In this document: in pieces, positions 9,324 to 16,972 of the stretch | How positions within the stretch are numbered: position 1 is the stretch's first letter | Layout of the letters: every line of letters starts with the position of its first letter | Assembly: GCA_045613205.1 (NCBI GenBank) | Contig: JAZLAO010000143.1 | Location: 1-63,012, forward strand | Direction of reading: 5' to 3' | From: Eubacteriales bacterium | GTDB taxonomy: Bacteria; Bacillota; Clostridia; Oscillospirales; CAG-272 | DNA length: 63,012 nucleotides | Made by a program: the position numbers and the translations under genes | Notes under the pieces: model-generated | Seen by the model: the letters and a program-made list of their open reading frames with translations, nothing else | What the model was told of the DNA's origin: nothing | Databases searched by the model: none

Positions 9324-10001
9324 ATGAAGAAGATTATATCTACCGTTCTTGTACTTGCTTGTGTATTTACCTTTTTCTCTTGCGGAGGAAATGGGTCTAC
9401 CAAAGCAGCTCTTAAAGACATAAATGATATGTACAATGCTATCTCACCTTCGATGGTAGAAACCGAAACCACCAGAAACTTCGGAAACTACTCTCTTGTA
9501 AATAAGGGAACCTTGAAAGTTGGAACTGCCGGCGCTGCTAAAGTTGCCGTTTATGAGTATTCCAATCAGCAGCTTCGCGATATTGAGAGCGGTTCGGGCT
9601 CGGAAATTCTTGATTTTATCGAGACTGTGACGGGTATCAAAGAGTATCACGAGGAACTCGGTTATCGTGAGAATGGCGGAAAATGGGACGAAGAAGGTGA
9701 GGATTTCACCCCTGAAACAGGTGCAATTGCATTGAATCTTACCGAAGATACCGTACAGGATTTCAAGTACGACGAAGAGAACAAGACTTACAGCTTTAGC
9801 GTCCTTGCAGCTGATACGGAAGCTGTGTTTGGAAAAGAAATAGAATCTGACGTTGCGGTAACGATTACTCGAACCGCGGCTGACATCGTTGGTCTTACGC
9901 TTTCCTACACAGTTCAGTCAAAGAGTAAAGATCATCCTGAAATACAGATTACGGTAAAGGCGTCATATTCCTATGACACCCAGACTATCACTATCAACTG
10001 A
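9324..10001 (+). CDS. Uncharacterised lipoprotein, paralog 2
   Basis: MKKIISTVLVLACVFTFFSC lipobox; C-terminal similarity to neighbours. Confidence 0.8.
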   Translation: MKKIISTVLVLACVFTFFSCGGNGSTKAALKDINDMYNAISPSMVETETTRNFGNYSLVNKGTLKVGTAGAAKVAVYEYSNQQLRDIESGSGSEILDFIETVTGIKEYHEELGYRENGGKWDEEGEDFTPETGAIALNLTEDTVQDFKYDEENKTYSFSVLAADTEAVFGKEIESDVAVTITRTAADIVGLTLSYTVQSKSKDHPEIQITVKASYSYDTQTITIN

Positions 10002-10024
10002 TTTTTGCAGGAGGAACCTTTGAA

Positions 10025-10615
10025 ATGACTAAAAAGAGAATAATTACTGCAATATTGCTTGTTTGCATGCTCTTCAGTGCCTGCCTCCTCGTGTCCTGCG
10101 GTGGAGATGAAAAGAGTGAAGATTTCACGGCAGCAATATCTGCTACCAAGCCTTCCAAGGTTGAAGGCACTATTAAGATGTATACTGAGTACGGTCCTCT
10201 CACAGCAACTTACACTGCCGACATCGCAGAGGATAACTCATTCGTACTTAATTATGCTTATGACAAAATCAACGACATTGCAACCGGAGATGCCGGGGAT
10301 GTGACCGACAAGATTGAAGGAACTGTTACTTATAAGGACGGTACTTATTCGGATACCTCCCTTGCGGCTAAGGTGCCCGCTGATGCCGTTGCAGCAGAAA
10401 TAAATCTTGGCGAGGATATTGATTACACATTAAGTGAAGACGGAAACGTTCTGGTAGCAACTATAAAAGCAGCTGATACTAAATCGGTTCTCGGTGTAGA
10501 GTATGCAGCCGACGTTACTATGGTTCTCACCAAAGCAAACGACAAGATAGTTTCACTTTCACTCACTTACACACTTACAGAGGGTAAGGTTGAGGTTGTT
10601 TGCAGCTACAAATAA
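10025..10615 (+). CDS. Uncharacterised lipoprotein, paralog 3
   Basis: ...ACLLVSC lipobox; shares EDFT..IS..P.K and YTLSEDG with paralog 1. Confidence 0.8.
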   Translation: MTKKRIITAILLVCMLFSACLLVSCGGDEKSEDFTAAISATKPSKVEGTIKMYTEYGPLTATYTADIAEDNSFVLNYAYDKINDIATGDAGDVTDKIEGTVTYKDGTYSDTSLAAKVPADAVAAEINLGEDIDYTLSEDGNVLVATIKAADTKSVLGVEYAADVTMVLTKANDKIVSLSLTYTLTEGKVEVVCSYK

Positions 10616-10624
10616 TCAAAAAAT

Positions 10625-10653
10625 AAGGGCTGATTCGTTAGGAATCAGCCCTT
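10625..10653 (+). terminator. Terminator hairpin after lipoprotein cluster
   Basis: AAGGGCTGATTC-gttag-GAATCAGCCCTT perfect inverted repeat. Confidence 0.7.
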
Positions 10654-10764
10654 GCTATATACAGCGTTCAAATCTTCTCGGGCTTAATATAACCTTAAAA
10701 CGAAATTTTCGTTTGTTTGAAAATTCACTTTAATAAAATGACAACAAAAAACTTGAAAAAACAC

Positions 10765-10793
10765 TTGACTTTTGAATTTATGTGTGATATAAT
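10765..10793 (+). promoter_or_regulatory. sigmaA promoter of tRNA gene
   Basis: TTGACT-17-TATAAT with extended TG. Confidence 0.8.
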
Positions 10794-10852
10794 AGTCAAG
10801 CGAGATTTTGAGGGGCGTAATCTTAAGTCCTTCAAACCACAAAGCATAATAT

Positions 10853-10929
10853 GGACCATTAGCTCAGTTGGTTAGAGCTACCGGCTCATAACCGGTCGGT
10901 CCTAGGTTCGAGTCCTAGATGGTCCACCA
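10853..10929 (+). tRNA. tRNA with CAT anticodon, most likely tRNA-Ile2 (lysidine-modified)
   Basis: Full cloverleaf GGACCAT..ACCGG-CTCATAA-CCGGT..GGTTCGAGTCC..ATGGTCC-ACCA, encoded CCA; G1-C72 pair and no GGG/CCC anticodon stem (not initiator); resembles Firmicute Ile2 rather than elongator Met. Confidence 0.9.
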
Positions 10930-10972
10930 ACAAAAAGAGGTAACCCTTGCGGTTGCCTCTTTTTGTTGGTGG
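10924..10972 (+). terminator. Long hairpin terminator at tRNA 3' end
   Basis: ccaccaacaaaaagaggtaacc-cttgc-ggttgcctctttttgttggtgg. Confidence 0.75.
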
Positions 10973-11171
10973 CTTATCAAGGCTCAAATTTAAAACCACC
11001 GGTTTGAGCCGGAGGCTACATAATCAAGCGCGAGCGAGTCTGTGCTCGCACAAGCGAGCCGTGCGCAGATTGCTCCGCGAGCGCAAATCTTTGATTTGCG
11101 TAGGCGCATAGCGCCCAAGAACTTGCGTTCTTGCAGCTCGCAAGGAGTATAACCGGTCGGTCCTAGGTTCG
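10967..11171. repeat. tRNA-derived palindromic element: degenerate antisense tRNA copy, stacked hairpins, 23-bp sense tRNA fragment
   Basis: 10967-~11017 aligns with reverse complement of the tRNA; 11149-11171 is identical to tRNA 10888-10910. Confidence 0.7.
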
Positions 11172-11289
11172 CATTCCCGCCACAGAGCGCGTCAAGCTTG
11201 CTTGTAAGCGGCAAGAATAGGAATATTTACGCCCTGTGTCAAAATTATGCGAGCAAAATACCACGACTCTGGGTGATGCAAATAAGAAT

Positions 11290-11330
11290 AAAAAGGCGGT
11301 CATTTCAACTGACCGTCTTTTTTTATTTGC
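11290..11330 (-). terminator. Terminator hairpin
   Basis: aataaaaaggcggtca-tttcaac-tgaccgtctttttttatt. Confidence 0.65.
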
Positions 11331-11349
11331 CTTGGTGATGATGTTATTA

Positions 11350-11718
11350 TTACCCCTTAATACGTTTATACTCGATACAAGTATATTCTGTTCCGCAATC
11401 CTCGCAGGTATGCGTAACTTGATGAATCTCACATAATACGCCATCAATTGTTTCATCGGGAAGACGAATATCTTCACTAACCTTTGTTTTGTTTTGAGTG
11501 GGACACTTGATACAAGCGTTCGCTTCCATCTTTTTTGCTTTTACGTAAAAAGTGAAAAAAGTGACAACGGCCGGAATCATTCCAATCATTAAAAAGACAA
11601 GCGTTAATAGGTCGTTTATAAATATCATAATTATAGAGATAATTGCTCCTACTACAAAGGGAATTCCCCCAAACATATAAAACTTTTTCATCAGTTCGGC
11701 TACTTCTTTTTTCTTCAT
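11350..11718 (-). CDS. Small membrane protein, 2 TM + C-terminal CxxC...CxxC zinc-ribbon-like domain
   Basis: Two hydrophobic helices, CIKC and HTCEDC; ATG 11718 with AAGGA RBS. Confidence 0.65.
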   Translation of the reverse strand: MKKKEVAELMKKFYMFGGIPFVVGAIISIIMIFINDLLTLVFLMIGMIPAVVTFFTFYVKAKKMEANACIKCPTQNKTKVSEDIRLPDETIDGVLCEIHQVTHTCEDCGTEYTCIEYKRIKG

Positions 11719-11758
11719 ATCCTTACAATCCTTTCTTCGTTTGCACCAAGACATTATA

Positions 11759-11809
11759 ATTATACTCTATATATCGACAATTGTCAATATAAAGATAATA
11801 AAATATAAT
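11759..11809. promoter_or_regulatory. Back-to-back divergent sigmaA promoters sharing a 22-bp palindrome
   Basis: Minus TTGACA-17-TATAAT; plus TTGTCA(11781)-17-TATAAT(11804); TATATCGACAATTGTCAATATA 11770-11791. Confidence 0.65.
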
Positions 11810-11848
11810 TTTATTTGAGACGTCTGAAAGGTAAAGGAGAGTAAAATT

Positions 11849-12052
11849 ATGATTTCTTATGAACCGTTTTATAAAACGCTGAAAGCTAAAGGTATAACGT
11901 CATATAAGCTTATAAATGAATTTAACGTTAGCAGAAGCTTGCTTGATAGGCTAAAGCATAACAAACCCATTACTACCGTTACTATAAATGATTTATGCAC
12001 TTATCTTGATTGCGATGTAAAAGACATACTTGAGTATACCAAGGATGTATAA
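11849..12052 (+). CDS. Cro/C1-type (XRE) HTH regulator
   Basis: MISYEPFYKTLKAKGITSYKL...TTVTINDLCTYLDCDVKDILEY. Confidence 0.88.
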   Translation: MISYEPFYKTLKAKGITSYKLINEFNVSRSLLDRLKHNKPITTVTINDLCTYLDCDVKDILEYTKDV

Positions 12053-12059
12053 TAAAAAG

Positions 12060-12087
12060 CGCGCCAAGATTAATATACTTGGCGCAT
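12060..12087. terminator. Hairpin between convergent genes
   Basis: gcgccaag-attaatata-cttggcgc. Confidence 0.55.
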
Positions 12088-12166
12088 TCTTCGTTTAAAG
12101 GTGTCGCTCAAAAAATATCGATTTTCATAAATCTTTAGGTTGTAGTATTTTTATATGGTGGCAGCT

Positions 12167-12604
12167 TTACCACACTTCTTTAGCTAATCTAATTCTTTCC
12201 TCAAGCTCTATAACGAACGCATCCTCATTTTTCACGCTCACTGTCGTTACGTCATAAAAATTATACTTTATATCCACGTGGTCATATACATTTTTTAAAG
12301 AAAGCAAAGAGTAAGAATAAAATCTTCTTTGTTTTTCAACCGAGCGTATTTTATCATATGGAATCGATTTTTTCAGAAAGAACCCATATTTTATAAAAAG
12401 CTCGTTTTCGCGAAGCTCGGCATAACCGAATAGAGAAGATGCAAAGAAATAGTTAACGAAGAGGAAAATCGGCAGGGTGATAAATAAAACCTGCGGTTCC
12501 ATAATCGACGGTATAATTAATATTGATATACATAAAAGATTTGTTGGGATAAAAATACTCCAGAAGAGCCTATCCGTTTTTGGTTTGTACATTTTGATAT
12601 TCAT
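12167..12604 (-). CDS. Membrane protein with bacterial PH domain
   Basis: 2 TMs then ELFIKYGFFLKKSIPYDKIRSVE PH-like strand pattern; own TTTACA-17-TATAAT promoter. Confidence 0.7.
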   Translation of the reverse strand: MNIKMYKPKTDRLFWSIFIPTNLLCISILIIPSIMEPQVLFITLPIFLFVNYFFASSLFGYAELRENELFIKYGFFLKKSIPYDKIRSVEKQRRFYSYSLLSLKNVYDHVDIKYNFYDVTTVSVKNEDAFVIELEERIRLAKEVW

Positions 12605-12720
12605 GGAAGCACCTTTTCAGCTTTGATATTAAAATTATATCAAAAAAGCAAGAACTTGTAAAGATTGGATGTTAAGTTTTTAGGGTAAACTTCCATGAAT
12701 GTCCGATTTTAATTATGCTT

Positions 12721-14112
12721 TCAATTACCTGCTTGTTCTCCGTAGTTTGTTTGTGTTAAAAGCAGATTCAAAAGGGTAGAGAACTGCTTCAAGTGTGCCA
12801 TGGGGCGACCGGGGAAATAGGTTTCTATGTAATCAAGATAGTCGTTGGGAGTGTTCATTAACATACCGATAAGATAAGTTTCTCCGTATCCGTCATACTC
12901 TTTGTAAGGACCGGGAATTTCCCAGTTTGTCGCTTCAAAGTAGAGATATTTGATACCTGCATTTTTGAATGGAGAGTGGTCAGACCAATCACCTGTGGAA
13001 GGAGAAGCATAATCAGGGGACTCGTATCCGGGTGCAGGAGAATCCCACGTCCAAGGATTAGATTTAAAAGAGAGACCTGCGGCAGCGGCAATTGCCATTG
13101 CGTTGTCGTATGCATCGGTTTCGGTAACGGTTTTGCTTTCGTCATTCTGGACACCGCCGTAAAGATAACAGTAGTCACCGCAGACGAGTGAATCCATATT
13201 AATCATATAAAGAGTGTTTTCTTTCTCTTCCTCGGTCATAGCATCTACATATGCTTTGGAGCCATACAAACCGTATTCTTCAGCAGTAAAGAAGACAAAT
13301 TTTATGGTGTATTCCGTTTCTACGCCAAACAAATGCTGCGCCGTAGTTAAAGCCAAAGCTACGCTCGAACCGTTGTCACCGCTGCCGTTGCCGTCGTAAT
13401 GCGCTCCGACAATGATCGTTTTGTCACTTTTTCCTGCTTTAGTTGCAATGATGTTGGGAGTATGGAGCTTGAGCTGTACGTATGCACCGGTATCGCCCTC
13501 CGCAACAACGTATTTTCTTCCTTCTTTATTATACGTTTCAGCACTTACATCGATAGAATCTACTGATGGAAACTGTTTTTCATAAGCTTCCTTAGAATCC
13601 TGCTTAGCAACGTACCGTGACATATACGTATCTTGTTTAACTATATCTTCGTTTTCCTTATATCCGGCTTCCATTAAGTTAAAGATGATCCATTTTTGCG
13701 CAAGCTTGAATTTATCACCGGAAAGGCAATCGCGGTTTTTGAGCACCTTATCGATATAAACGAGCTTTTCGTAGGATTCTTCCGCATAGTCGCTATCTAA
13801 GGGACCTTGGTTAGAGGTAGGAATAAGCGCCTCGGTCAAATTCTCCACCTGCTCGGCAGATGCAAGCTTGTCAATGAGTGATTTAATCTCGGCAATTGCC
13901 GCTGCATCGTTGAGCGCGGTGATTTGTTTTTCGAGCTCTGCAATTTGCTCAGCGGTAGAAAGAGTAGATACTGTTTTTTCCAAATTGGCAATATCGTCAC
14001 TTTTGGAGCAGCTTGTCAGTGCAAAAGATGAAGATAGAAGCAAAGAGAAAGAAAGAACACCTACTGCGGCTTTCTTTGTAATGGTGAGTAAAGTTTTTTT
14101 CGTGGGTTTCAT
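12721..14112 (-). CDS. M28 family zinc aminopeptidase, lipoprotein (Iap-like)
   Basis: Lipobox ALTSC; VGAHYD, GSGDNGSS, TAEEYGLYGS, NMDSL, SDH motifs. Confidence 0.88.
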   Translation of the reverse strand: MKPTKKTLLTITKKAAVGVLSFSLLLSSSFALTSCSKSDDIANLEKTVSTLSTAEQIAELEKQITALNDAAAIAEIKSLIDKLASAEQVENLTEALIPTSNQGPLDSDYAEESYEKLVYIDKVLKNRDCLSGDKFKLAQKWIIFNLMEAGYKENEDIVKQDTYMSRYVAKQDSKEAYEKQFPSVDSIDVSAETYNKEGRKYVVAEGDTGAYVQLKLHTPNIIATKAGKSDKTIIVGAHYDGNGSGDNGSSVALALTTAQHLFGVETEYTIKFVFFTAEEYGLYGSKAYVDAMTEEEKENTLYMINMDSLVCGDYCYLYGGVQNDESKTVTETDAYDNAMAIAAAAGLSFKSNPWTWDSPAPGYESPDYASPSTGDWSDHSPFKNAGIKYLYFEATNWEIPGPYKEYDGYGETYLIGMLMNTPNDYLDYIETYFPGRPMAHLKQFSTLLNLLLTQTNYGEQAGN

Positions 14113-14142
14113 TTGTGTGTCTCCTTTTTGATTTATGCATCC

Positions 14143-14171
14143 ATTATACTCGCTCCCATGAATATTGTCAA
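14143..14171 (-). promoter_or_regulatory. sigmaA promoter of M28 peptidase
   Basis: TTGACA-17-TATAAT. Confidence 0.8.
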
Positions 14172-14432
14172 GCGATTTTTGCATTTTTTCTCATTTTTGT
14201 TGAATGTTTATTCATAAATGCAGGGAAAAAATTGAAAATTTGGTTATTTTGCAATCTAAAAATGAATTTTTATTCATTGAAATCTGTTTTATGCTTCTTG
14301 AAACGGATTCTCTTACGGCTAACAGAAAAAAGAGATAACATTTCGGAAAAAACCCGATTTGTTATCTCTTTTTGGTTATGTCAAAATTCGACAGCCTCTT
14401 GTTATATTTATGCTGTGTAAAGCTGTCGGTTT

Positions 14433-15395
14433 TCAGACTGTGGCGAAATGTATTTCAATATCACCGGTTGAGGTTTTGACAGTGAGCGTCCTTGGCGAGC
14501 CCTTGTGGCTTGCGATGTTAGAATCACCTGTGCGGGTGGTTACGAAGGTTTCGTAATCTTCGCTTTTTCCTGTAAGGCGAAGCTCGACGTCGCCCGTGTC
14601 GGTTTCTATTGCAACGGTTTTTGCGTCTACTGCAGCATCTTCTCCGTCAACGTCGCCGGTGTCAGCCTCACATTTTAATGTTTCACATACAATAGCGCCA
14701 ACGAAGGTGATATCACCCGTGTCGGTTGTTATATCAATATTTTGTGATACTGTGCTGTCAGCAATGGATACGTCGCCCGTGTCTGTTTCTATAGTAAGTG
14801 AAGACGCATTGATTTTGCCGAGATTTACGTCCCCCGTATCTGTTTCCAAGGAAGCTGTTCCCGAAACGGTGAGGGCTGAATTTTTAGTTTTTACGTCACC
14901 TGTATCAGTTTCGATTGAAAGAGCTGTCAGCGTGGCATCACCCTCAATTACAACGTCACCGGTGTCTGTTTCAATCAGTAAATTAAGCACTCTGTCTTTT
15001 GGAATAATAACGTCTACACGCGGGGTGTTGAAATTCCATAAAAATAGGCTATTTCTGTAGCTGATTTTCTCGACGGCTGAAATTGTGCCTTCCGCTTCCG
15101 TGAGAGCGGTTGAGCTAAGCTTATCCCCGTTTTTGTTTGTTTTTTCAGGATAGGTTATTGAGATTTTCTCGGCTTGCTCATCAAACTTCAGGTACACGTC
15201 CGAGCTTTCGAACTTCAGATTTAATTTACTTGCGGTGCGACCGTCGCTTTCGTTAAAGGTTGTGTAGTTGTTTTTTATTCCGGACATTTTTTCAAAATTG
15301 AAGCCGGAAGCCGCAAATGCTACGGTAAAGGTAACACCGCCTATAAGAAGCAAAACAAGTGCAAGAATTGATAATTTCTTAAAGAGTTTCATCAT
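14433..15395 (-). CDS. DUF4097-type beta-strand repeat protein
   Basis: N-terminal TM/signal; many ETDTGDV repeats; downstream of PadR-DUF1700. Confidence 0.85.
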   Translation of the reverse strand: MMKLFKKLSILALVLLLIGGVTFTVAFAASGFNFEKMSGIKNNYTTFNESDGRTASKLNLKFESSDVYLKFDEQAEKISITYPEKTNKNGDKLSSTALTEAEGTISAVEKISYRNSLFLWNFNTPRVDVIIPKDRVLNLLIETDTGDVVIEGDATLTALSIETDTGDVKTKNSALTVSGTASLETDTGDVNLGKINASSLTIETDTGDVSIADSTVSQNIDITTDTGDITFVGAIVCETLKCEADTGDVDGEDAAVDAKTVAIETDTGDVELRLTGKSEDYETFVTTRTGDSNIASHKGSPRTLTVKTSTGDIEIHFATV

Positions 15396-16033
15396 TTTTG
15401 TTTTCTCCTTTTTAAAAAGTATCTAAACAGTCTAATGAAGGCAAAAGCAAAGTATTTCGTAATAACGTAAAAGATTTCGAAGAGGATAATTCCGATTCCG
15501 ACCATTGCTAATGCGCATCCGAGTGTGGCAAAAACACCGGGGACTGTGTAGCCCAAGAAAAACGCAAAGGGTGATGCAACCGTTAAAGCTGCACCGCTTA
15601 CTGCTATTGCCAATCCCGAAGCTGTAAGTGCCGCAAGCGCAGCAAATGCCGAAATAAGCACTGCCGCAAGAGGAATAGCAAAAAGGACAATAAGGAAAAA
15701 CCAGCCGACAACAGATGCTACGGTAATTTTTCCGCGGAAGCGAGGGGTGGGGATTTTGAACTTTGCAGGAGCTTCCGATTTATTCGCTTCAGCGGAAGGC
15801 TCTGCAGCTTCCGCCCCTTTAGAGTCTTTTTCCTCCGTGCTGTTTTCCATAAGTATCTTCGCTGCCGCAAGCATGGGCTCACCGAAGTTTTTGATTATCT
15901 CTTCGTCTGACAGTCCCGCTTCGCGCTTATCTGCATATATTTCGCGGTAATAACCGATTATCTCGTCTTTTTCATTTTTGGGAAGGCTGCCTATGCATTT
16001 CTCAAATTCACTTTCCCACTGTACGTATGTCAT
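15392..16033 (-). CDS. DUF1700 family membrane protein
   Basis: EKDEIIGYYREIYADKREAGLSDEEIIKNFGEP..AAKI then TM helices. Confidence 0.85.
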   Translation of the reverse strand: MTYVQWESEFEKCIGSLPKNEKDEIIGYYREIYADKREAGLSDEEIIKNFGEPMLAAAKILMENSTEEKDSKGAEAAEPSAEANKSEAPAKFKIPTPRFRGKITVASVVGWFFLIVLFAIPLAAVLISAFAALAALTASGLAIAVSGAALTVASPFAFFLGYTVPGVFATLGCALAMVGIGIILFEIFYVITKYFAFAFIRLFRYFLKRRKQK

Positions 16034-16066
16034 AACAGATTCCTTTCTATATAATAATGTTGAGAA

Positions 16067-16381
16067 TTAAATTTCTCCGTCGCGCGTTATAAAATCGCTT
16101 ATCTTTTGGAATTCATTCATATCGGCTATGAATTCGGCAATTTTTGCGCGGCCCTTCGGAGTTATGCGGAAATACTTTCGAAGCCGTCCGTTAAACTCTT
16201 CGCTGTACGTAGTGACGGCACCGCACCCTTCGAGTCTTCTTAAAATCGGGTATAGGGTGGATTCCGATATCTTTATATATGGGTCGAGAACTGAGATTAT
16301 TTTATATCCGTAAGACTCTTCGTCGCGTATTGCCGAAAGAACGCATACTTCAAGGAGTCCTTTTTTCATTTGAGCGTCCAT
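16067..16381 (-). CDS. PadR family transcriptional regulator
   Basis: MDAQMKKGLLEVCVL, SYGY, SESTLYPILRRLE, RKYFRIT. Confidence 0.92.
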   Translation of the reverse strand: MDAQMKKGLLEVCVLSAIRDEESYGYKIISVLDPYIKISESTLYPILRRLEGCGAVTTYSEEFNGRLRKYFRITPKGRAKIAEFIADMNEFQKISDFITRDGEI

Positions 16382-16403
16382 AATATACCCCCTTTCACAT
16401 AAT

Positions 16404-16432
16404 ATTATACAATACATAGTATTGTTTGTCAA
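16404..16432 (-). promoter_or_regulatory. padR operon promoter with 7-3-7 operator in spacer
   Basis: TTGACA-17-TATAAT; ACAATAC-ata-GTATTGT 16409-16425. Confidence 0.7.
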
Positions 16433-16500
16433 TATATTTTTCTATAAAAGTGATATTTTTGTAAAAATACAAAAAAATTCAACTTATTTTTACATAATTA

Positions 16501-16529
16501 TTGACAAGTCGCTTTAGATGTGATAAAAT
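16501..16529 (+). promoter_or_regulatory. sigmaA promoter
   Basis: TTGACA-17-TAAAAT with extended TG. Confidence 0.75.
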
Positions 16530-16585
16530 GAATATGTATAAATATATTTATTTAAAAATATTTAATATATATAAGGAGAAAGAAA

Positions 16586-16810
16586 ATGCCCGAGATTAAG
16601 TATGAGGTGATAAACACCATAGGAATCGTTAGCGAGGGTAAGAACGGCTGGAATAAGGAGCTTAACCTCATTAAATGGAATGACAGAGAACCTGTATACG
16701 ATATTCGCACGTGGTCACCCGATCATGAGAAAATCGGCAAGGGCGTTACCGTTACCGCAGAGGAAGCAAAGGTTCTTCGCGATATGCTTAACAGCCTCGA
16801 TCTTGGCTAA
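16586..16810 (+). CDS. YdbC/PC4-like ssDNA-binding protein
   Basis: GWNKELNLIKWN...YDIRTWSPDHEKIGKGVT. Confidence 0.88.
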   Translation: MPEIKYEVINTIGIVSEGKNGWNKELNLIKWNDREPVYDIRTWSPDHEKIGKGVTVTAEEAKVLRDMLNSLDLG

Positions 16811-16820
16811 TAACTACATA

Positions 16821-16932
16821 AAAAACACCCTATTATGCACGATGCAAATAGGGTGTTTTTTATGCCCGAAGGGTATATTAATGATAAACAATAAATATTA
16901 TTGAAGCTTTTCACCTTTTGCTGAAAAGCTTC
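16821..16932. terminator. Two hairpins between convergent genes
   Basis: aaaaacaccctatt..aatagggtgttttt and tgaagcttttca..tgaaaagcttca. Confidence 0.65.
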
Positions 16933-16972
16933 AATTTTTTAACCGTCAACCGTGGGCAGTTTTGCTGCCGTA

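Noticed and set aside
10853-10929. tRNA-Met (initiator or elongator)
   Set aside because: Lacks initiator hallmarks; overall sequence fits Firmicute Ile2 better, though Met cannot be excluded without isotype models.
10853-11171. Group I intron in tRNA-Ile(CAU) or a classic attR duplication
   Set aside because: The tRNA is uninterrupted; the duplicate lacks the acceptor-stem 3' end and no integrase is nearby.
10990-11477. Short ORFs in the region downstream of the tRNA
   Set aside because: They arise from GC-rich palindromes and terminator sequence; no RBS or plausible protein features.
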